Assembly: GCA_965657355.1 (NCBI GenBank)
Contig: CBFHOE010000001.1
Span: 79,144 to 102,707 of the forward strand
Length of the DNA: 23,564 nt
Source of the DNA: Limisphaerales bacterium
GTDB taxonomy: Bacteria > Verrucomicrobiota > Verrucomicrobiia > Limisphaerales > JAJOIW01
Direction: 5' to 3'
Below, one piece after another: positions 17,901 to 23,564 of the stretch (position 1 is the stretch's first letter; each line of letters starts with the position of its first letter). Made by a program: the position numbers and the translations under genes. Under the pieces are notes generated by a model. That model did no database searches, had not been told where the DNA came from, and was given only the letters and a program-made list of their open reading frames with translations.

Positions 17901-19448
17901 TTATCTCTCAGAAGTCTCGTCAGCTCTTTGGAAGCGAGATGTTGGCCAATCTGGATTTGCCGGACCAGCGTATTCAATCAGAGTATTATCTTCTAGTTCG
18001 AAGGGGATAGATAATAACTTTGAACCATCTTTTGCGTACACGATAAACGTCGACCTATTCTGAATAATCTCGATGGATATGGCATTGTTTGTCACACTTT
18101 TAAGCTCCCCTTGCTGATTATAAACTTGAAGTTTGGCATTGTGTTGTGTGATTGTTTTTATTCTATAGCCATCACCTAGCGGGTTTTCCGCAACCCAAAC
18201 GCCTTCTATATCTTTCCATAATCTAGCTAATCTATTTTTTGATTGATCAGTTTTATATATAACATCAAAGGCAATCGCTTCCATTCTTCTCAACTCTAGC
18301 AGGTTTAAGTTCCGAGGCCATATGTTGAGACTGTCATATCTTCTTCTAAAGACGGCCAATTGAGCTTCGTTATGAAAAATATCTTTTCGGAATATGTTAA
18401 TGGTGCGGAAATTTGTAGGATGCGTTTTACCAGTGCGTGAAATGACTTCCTGAAGCTCCCAGCCGACAAAATATGGATCGTAATGAACCTTCGCTTGGTT
18501 AAAGACTTTGGAGATCTCACGCTCCATGCGCATGTATTCATCGAACTTTTTTGCATTTGGAGTCATGAAGCCAATTTCAAATGCTAAAATTTTGGCATCC
18601 AGTTCACCGAAAGTATTGTATTTTTCACTTAGCGCAAAATCAGAAAGCTTAACCACTTCCGTGCCAACTATAGATCTTGAGTCTTCGGTTAATTCCGAAA
18701 GGATTTTGAAATCATTTGCACCAACTATTTCCTCTACAGAATCCATATCGTAAAGGTCATCGGTATTTTCTTTAGACTGGACAATTTTCCATTTGATATA
18801 TTCAAGGCCAGAACCGTTTCTGCGAGCTTTTGCAACACCCCAACCAAGTATTAACCCTTGCTGGGCCCAGAATTCATGAACTTTTTGCCAAATACCCTCA
18901 ACCTTAATATAGTCCCTCTCTCTTCCTTTGACTGGTTCAACATAGTCAATTATGGCGAAATTATAGGGTTTTCTTGATGACTCTACATCGGTGGGTATTT
19001 TTTTAGGCCCAGCTTGTCTTTTTTTAATAGATAGTGATGCGACGTATTCTATCTCTCTCTTAAGGTGTTCCTTTACCTCAGTTAGTGAGCTCTTTAAAAG
19101 AGAGCCCTTTCTTCTTTTGTAAATCGAAAGTAAGTCGTTTTGTATTTTCTTTAACTGAAATATTGTTTTTTCCAATGAATGGTAACTAGCATCGGAATTG
19201 AATTTTATTACAATATCGTTGTGCTTATTAATGAACGCCTCTAAATCATCATACTTTGAGTAGCCTGCCTCTTGATGTTTGATTAAAACTTCATTGTTGA
19301 TCTCTAATAAAAATAAGTATTTGGAATCAATGAACCTGTTTTTAATATCAATCAGAGGCTCCTCTATGACGGTTTCTGAATGATCGTTACATCCAACCGA
19401 AAAAATACTAAAAATAGCAATTATTACGATTAACGCATGGGTGTTCAT
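17901..19448 (-). CDS. Hypothetical lipoprotein with an internally duplicated domain
   Basis: Lipobox SVG-C20; two similar segments, DYVEPVKGRERDYIKVE..WQKVH...LGW and GFMTPNAKKFDEYMRME..SKVFN...VGW. Confidence 0.8.
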   Translation of the reverse strand: MNTHALIVIIAIFSIFSVGCNDHSETVIEEPLIDIKNRFIDSKYLFLLEINNEVLIKHQEAGYSKYDDLEAFINKHNDIVIKFNSDASYHSLEKTIFQLKKIQNDLLSIYKRRKGSLLKSSLTEVKEHLKREIEYVASLSIKKRQAGPKKIPTDVESSRKPYNFAIIDYVEPVKGRERDYIKVEGIWQKVHEFWAQQGLILGWGVAKARRNGSGLEYIKWKIVQSKENTDDLYDMDSVEEIVGANDFKILSELTEDSRSIVGTEVVKLSDFALSEKYNTFGELDAKILAFEIGFMTPNAKKFDEYMRMEREISKVFNQAKVHYDPYFVGWELQEVISRTGKTHPTNFRTINIFRKDIFHNEAQLAVFRRRYDSLNIWPRNLNLLELRRMEAIAFDVIYKTDQSKNRLARLWKDIEGVWVAENPLGDGYRIKTITQHNAKLQVYNQQGELKSVTNNAISIEIIQNRSTFIVYAKDGSKLLSIPFELEDNTLIEYAGPANPDWPTSRFQRADETSER

Positions 19449-19945
19449 ATCGATTTATTTACCAATCCAAATTAAACGGTTCAGTAAAAAAATGAAAGTT
19501 GTAATTGATTGCGAGAGGTATCGTCGATCTGTTTTTACGTCATAGGGGAAAGCTTCTTCATATTCACACAAAATCTGAACTTAATTCTCATCCTTAAGTG
19601 ATCTAAAAAATATTTGGACAACAAAAATTGATTCATGGAAAGCCGCATGAAAAACCCCGGGCTCAATGTGAGACATTATCAAGAGGGACCCATTCTGTAT
19701 TTTCGCCTTCAATGATTTGCTTTTTAGGAAACTTTAAGGCAGAACTCATGAATTAAAATGTTTCATGCATTATTTGACATACATGAATAAAAACAATCAG
19801 TCGTAAAATAAGTATAAGTATATAGCAGTATTACCCATTTGATGGATTATTGATGCGGTAAATCCTATCAATGCGTCTAAGGTATTTTTGAAAAACTTTC
19901 TTTCATGTCTTTCGATAACGGTTTCAAAAGTTTTCTTTCGCTTCC

Positions 19946-20247
19946 TTAGTCTTCACTAGGAGTCCAGATGCATAGCTTTGCAATATATCCGGCACCGAAG
20001 ATGGGAATTAAGATCAACCAAAATTTATGTGGTGATTTTCCTCCATCGCGAAGTCGGCGAGCACAGGCTGCGAGACTTGAGACTATGAGGGACACCGCTA
20101 TCAACAATGAAGCCCAGAGCACTGGCTCTGGAGTGAAATGCTATCGAGAATTTTTTCGAAAGCGAAGGCTATGGCAACAATTGAGGCTTGGAATTGAAAC
20201 CATTCTTTTCTATCTGCTCTTCCATTAAAATTGAATATTTTTTTCAT
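19946..20247 (-). pseudogene. DUF805 (YhaH/YhaI-like) membrane protein gene with a 1-nt frameshift
   Basis: ATG 20247 (AGGA upstream) gives MKKIFNFNGRADRKEWF... A second frame gives ...SLAACARRLRDGGKSPHKFWLILIPIFG...SED* (TAA 19948-19946). Both halves carry DUF805 signatures (F.GRA.R.E.W; RRL.D.GKS..LIP). The span is 302 nt, one base short of 101 codons. Confidence 0.85.
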
Positions 20248-20715
20248 AATTTAAAGTTCCTATAAAGACTAAATTATTAGTGCGCACTCATTAACCTCGG
20301 GTATCATCCTGCTGGCCAATGACCGGATCAGATTAAATACACCAATAGTTTTCGCTATTATAAAAAACGACTTTGTTTGTAACGAGTAGGGGGCAAGTAT
20401 TATGGTGTGTTTTTTCATACACACTATTTTATGTAGAAACTATTTAAATTTCTGATTGAAAAAGTCTGAAGCTGGTCGAAGAACAAGAAAATAAAAATTG
20501 AAAATACCTTTCAAAATCATCAATGGACTATTATGAAGCCTAATCAAACTTCACTTTATTGACACAATTAATAAATGTCATAACGGCTTATGTGCGTGAA
20601 ACTTATTTTCAGCCGGTTACTATTCTCGATATGTTGACATGCCCATGGGGCAAGATTAACACTTTAAAAAAGAGCTCTTGCAATAATTTGTGGTTGTTAA
20701 GATTGAAACTTCAAA

Positions 20716-20794
20716 AGTAGAAAGCAGCTTATACATCTTAAGGTGAGTGGGTGCGAAGTCGCTCATCTTGATGCCCGCCCGCTGCCGTTTTACT
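20716..20794 (+). ncRNA. Candidate structured RNA (rod-like hairpin), unassigned
   Basis: Four nested helices: AGTAGAA/TTTTACT, GCAGC/GCTGC, CATC/GATG and AAGGTGAGTGG/TCGCTCATCTT, with four G.U pairs on the + strand. It is a GC-rich patch in an AT-rich gap. Confidence 0.35.
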
Positions 20795-20909
20795 CTATGC
20801 TTTTAAATGAAAAGAATAATTAACTATACCTTTTCTGTGCCTGTATCCGCAGGCTTAGCCCACTTTAATCTGTGTCAGTTAGTTGCTCCTGAATTTAAGG
20901 TAATAAAAG

Positions 20910-23234
20910 TTAAGCAGTCGCCGGAGCTGGTTGTTCCTTGGTTTTTTTAATGCGCTTTTTCTTACCATTGAGGACTGTTCCCACGATAGTGTATCGAACC
21001 AATAATTCATAAGACACAATCAGTATGGCGAATGTGAGCGAACACACGAAAAGGAATTTAACCTCTGCAGGGAGTGGCCATTCACTTACCCAGGTTTGTA
21101 AAACATATAATAAGGGCTGGTGCATTAAGTAGAGCCAATACGAGGCATCGCTTAAGTATCGGATGACCTTATTTTCGGATGAAAAGAATTGCCGGAATAT
21201 TCCCATTAAAGCGAATATGGTCATCCATGAGTAGGTCACTATGAGCGTCGATTTCACAAGGTGATCTCCCTTCATATATTTTAAGCCAGCGAAAAGGCAG
21301 ATACAGGATGCGACAAGGAAAATAGGCCAATGTTTTCCAAGTTTTAACTCAAAAGATTCTCTTCCAAAACAAAGCGCTCCAAATCCAAAAAAAGTGGTGT
21401 AGTAACCAAAAGTGGTCCACCACGGCACCCATCCAATAATAGTATCAGGGCCAAAACCTTGAGTCATCTGAAGTTGCCAGAAGAGGGTCAAAGGTAATAG
21501 CCAAACTAAGCAAATCGGAAAGGAGGTGATCCAGTTTGGAATTTTAAAGAAGGCTATTTTATTCCAAAATGGCACGATGATAAGAAAGCCAAGGATGAGA
21601 AACACGAGGTAATTCAAAAACCACAAGTGTTGTAACCTAAAGTTGAATGCTAATTTTCTATAAGTACCCATTGTGGATTTCCACCATTCGGGTGTTGGCT
21701 TTTCATCTTTAGGCATAGAAATTTTCTGCCCTTTAAAAATATTTGATATCTCAGCCCGACCCTTGAACCATTCCTCTTTGTCGAGATCGACAAAGAGACT
21801 AGCAATATCGAATTTGACTTTCATCATATCCGCAACTGATTCGTTAAGCCTATTCTTCGATTTTATATCAGCTCCATTTTCCAAAAGCGCCTTAAAGACA
21901 TTGGCTCTGCCAAAAACGACAGACATGTGTAGGGGGGTATTCCCGGCATTTGTCCCTGCCTGCACGTTTGGGTCGGTACCAGATGCGATTAATGACTGGA
22001 TAAGTTCGACATCATTATCAATCACTGCCCAATGAATTTCCTGAAGTTCTTCCTCTTCATTTTCTGTCGTCAGTATTTCGTTTTCATTACCGGTTGCTGG
22101 AGCATTAATGTTAGCCAGGTATTGCTCAATAGATTCCCGTCCAGACTTCCAATCATCCTGATCGGCTTTCACTTGGATTAATTTTGAAATAAATTCTACG
22201 GTTTTCCAATCGGACTGGAGGATAGTTTCAAGTGTTTGTCCGTTATTATCAGTGATTTTGAGGTTGGCGCCGCTTTCAGATAGTGTTTGAAAGATTTCAC
22301 CTTGGCCAAAAAACGCGGCCATAGTCAGGGCTGTTCCGCCATCTTGAGTAGGAGCGTCAATTTCAACTCCCTCGTCTATGAGGCGTTTGACTTCATCCAG
22401 ATCTCCGTTAACAACTGCTGTATGAAAGGGCTTTACAAGGTCTGGTCTGGATTCACCTTCTTCGGTGATTACATTTTCCAACAGAGGAATGACTTTCATT
22501 AAGCCTTCCTTCCATGATTTTTCGTCTACCTCGACTTGAATGAATTGGGCAAGCCCATTGACCATCTCCCAATCAGACTTGGCCGAACCCATAGCCGTGA
22601 ATCCAGAGTTATCTGTGATTGAAGCATCTATTCCTTTATCGATCAGAAATTCGACGATTTCAGGCCTTCCAAAAAATGCCGCCGCGTGCAAAGCAGTTCC
22701 CCCGGAATCCCCTAGGGTATTAATGTCCATTCCATCATCTAGAAATGATGTCACGGCATCTAAATCTCCACGAGCAGCAGCTAACAAAAATAAGTCGGAC
22801 TGGCGTGGTTCATTAGCTTTTTCCATCTTTTGGGCCAGTATTCGTCTCTTTTTTTCTCCACCTGCTTTAGCCGTCCATTCCATAAATGGGATCAAAGCCA
22901 GATAACATGCTACAAGGGGAATGACGATTCTGACAAATCTATGGCGAATCAGCCTGAAGGAACCTCTTTTCTTCCACATCATCATCGTGAAAAACCCACT
23001 AATCATGAAAAAAAGTGGCATGCGGAAACCATGGATAATGTCATTCAAAAATTTAAAAAGAGCATTATTCATATTGATATCCTGGGCCGGCCAGATGTAA
23101 TTCAACCAAAAGCTCATTCCCCCATGAAGGACAATTCCTAAAAGCATGGCAAAGGCCCTCAAAGCGTCCAAATCGTGAAAACGTTTTGGCTTAGGTTTCA
23201 ATTCCGATTTCGAAGGGTTTTGATTGTCAGACAT
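20910..23234 (-). CDS. OpgC/MdoC-like acyltransferase-3 membrane protein with a large ankyrin-repeat insertion
   Basis: RFHDLDALRAFAMLLGIVLH, HGFRMPLFFMISGFF, HLWFLNYL and YLSDASYWLYLMHQP (AT3 family); ankyrin motifs GGTALHAAA, GGTALTMAA and GNTPLHMSV in aa ~148-502. Confidence 0.9.
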   Translation of the reverse strand: MSDNQNPSKSELKPKPKRFHDLDALRAFAMLLGIVLHGGMSFWLNYIWPAQDINMNNALFKFLNDIIHGFRMPLFFMISGFFTMMMWKKRGSFRLIRHRFVRIVIPLVACYLALIPFMEWTAKAGGEKKRRILAQKMEKANEPRQSDLFLLAAARGDLDAVTSFLDDGMDINTLGDSGGTALHAAAFFGRPEIVEFLIDKGIDASITDNSGFTAMGSAKSDWEMVNGLAQFIQVEVDEKSWKEGLMKVIPLLENVITEEGESRPDLVKPFHTAVVNGDLDEVKRLIDEGVEIDAPTQDGGTALTMAAFFGQGEIFQTLSESGANLKITDNNGQTLETILQSDWKTVEFISKLIQVKADQDDWKSGRESIEQYLANINAPATGNENEILTTENEEEELQEIHWAVIDNDVELIQSLIASGTDPNVQAGTNAGNTPLHMSVVFGRANVFKALLENGADIKSKNRLNESVADMMKVKFDIASLFVDLDKEEWFKGRAEISNIFKGQKISMPKDEKPTPEWWKSTMGTYRKLAFNFRLQHLWFLNYLVFLILGFLIIVPFWNKIAFFKIPNWITSFPICLVWLLPLTLFWQLQMTQGFGPDTIIGWVPWWTTFGYYTTFFGFGALCFGRESFELKLGKHWPIFLVASCICLFAGLKYMKGDHLVKSTLIVTYSWMTIFALMGIFRQFFSSENKVIRYLSDASYWLYLMHQPLLYVLQTWVSEWPLPAEVKFLFVCSLTFAILIVSYELLVRYTIVGTVLNGKKKRIKKTKEQPAPATA
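21729..22793 (-). repeat. Three ~120-130-aa ankyrin-containing protein modules in tandem
   Basis: Each module is A..GD...V..L...G.D / G.T(A/P)L....FG...(V/F)..L...G / D(N)..G plus a tail ...V..D...W..G...(V/I). Modules start near aa 149, 270 and 400. Confidence 0.8.
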
Positions 23235-23564
23235 TTAAAGCAATAAGATTTTGTTAATAAATCGTGGACCGATTATGATGGACCAAAAATTAACACAAAG
23301 CGGTAATTTTGGTTACAAAAAATTTGAAGCTGCATTGGAATTTTTAATGAAATAATGAGCCCGCTAAAAGAATACACAAAATCTGACCAAGAACTGATAA
23401 AAAGCGAGCTAAACGTCTTCGAGATGAAAGACAGTTTTGGGGTTGTGACAACATGAAGATTAAAGCAACCGACATCGTGATCACGTGATAATTTCCCAAA
23501 AAAGCAATTTTTTTCTAAAATATATGCAGAAACTTGAATTTACATTAAATTTACAACCTGTAAT

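Noticed and set aside
19480..19930. Protein-like minus-strand fragments (e.g. MSSALKFPKKQIIEGENTEWVPLDNVSH*, ...EYEEAFPYDVKTDRRY)
   Set aside because: Short, in different frames and with no recognisable family; may be remnants but unsupported.
19968..20228. 86-aa plus-strand ORF
   Set aside because: Antisense shadow of the frameshifted DUF805 gene.
20720..20790. SRP RNA or group II intron domain V identity for the hairpin (GAAAGCAGC, GCG..GTCGC)
   Set aside because: It lacks the SRP CAGG...GGAA...AGCAG arrangement and the domain V AGC/CGC triad with GNRA geometry.
865..23141. Many 60-120-aa ORFs nested in or antisense to long genes (e.g. 980-1246, 5237-5533, 14424-14780, 21673-22035, 22540-22905)
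   Set aside because: They overlap well-supported CDS and carry no motifs; expected shadow ORFs.
23355..23456. 33-codon plus-strand ORF MSPLKEYTKSDQELIKSELNVFEMKDSFGVVTT
   Set aside because: Short, with no clear RBS or motif.
1..23564. CRISPR array, tRNA/rRNA, IS/integrase, defence genes
   Set aside because: By eye I found no regularly spaced direct repeats, cloverleaf or T-loop signatures, or transposase, recombinase or nuclease motifs.

Overview
AT-rich bacterial chromosomal window. The gene content (sulfatase fusion, ceramidase-like/LamG protein, redoxin-cytochrome c-Cu monooxygenase, Cys-free ecotin, OpgC-like acyltransferase with ankyrins) suggests a PVC-superphylum organism, probably a marine Verrucomicrobium; this is inference only. 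The window opens with the 3' end of biosynthetic arginine decarboxylase (speA, missing from the ORF track) and an overlapping membrane-protein gene. A run of mostly exported or membrane proteins follows: sulfatase-SGNH esterase fusion; 979-aa protein with an inserted discoidin/CBM32-like domain; Cys-motif BNR-repeat protein plus cytochrome c-thioredoxin fusion (probable operon); ecotin; ceramidase-like/LamG protein; hypothetical protein; DoxX; PHM/DBH-type Cu monooxygenase with its own heme c; M20 peptidase; lipoprotein; and an acyltransferase-3 with a triplicated ankyrin module. The intergenic gaps hold a frameshifted DUF805 gene, probable eroded gene remnants, a cluster of palindromes and a ~80-nt G.U-rich rod hairpin (candidate ncRNA). 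I saw no rRNA, tRNA, CRISPR array or mobile element. The best candidates for an undescribed system are the BNR(CxCC/CxCP) + cytochrome c-thioredoxin pair and the self-contained heme-Cu monooxygenase. Family assignments come from motif recognition by eye, not database searches.
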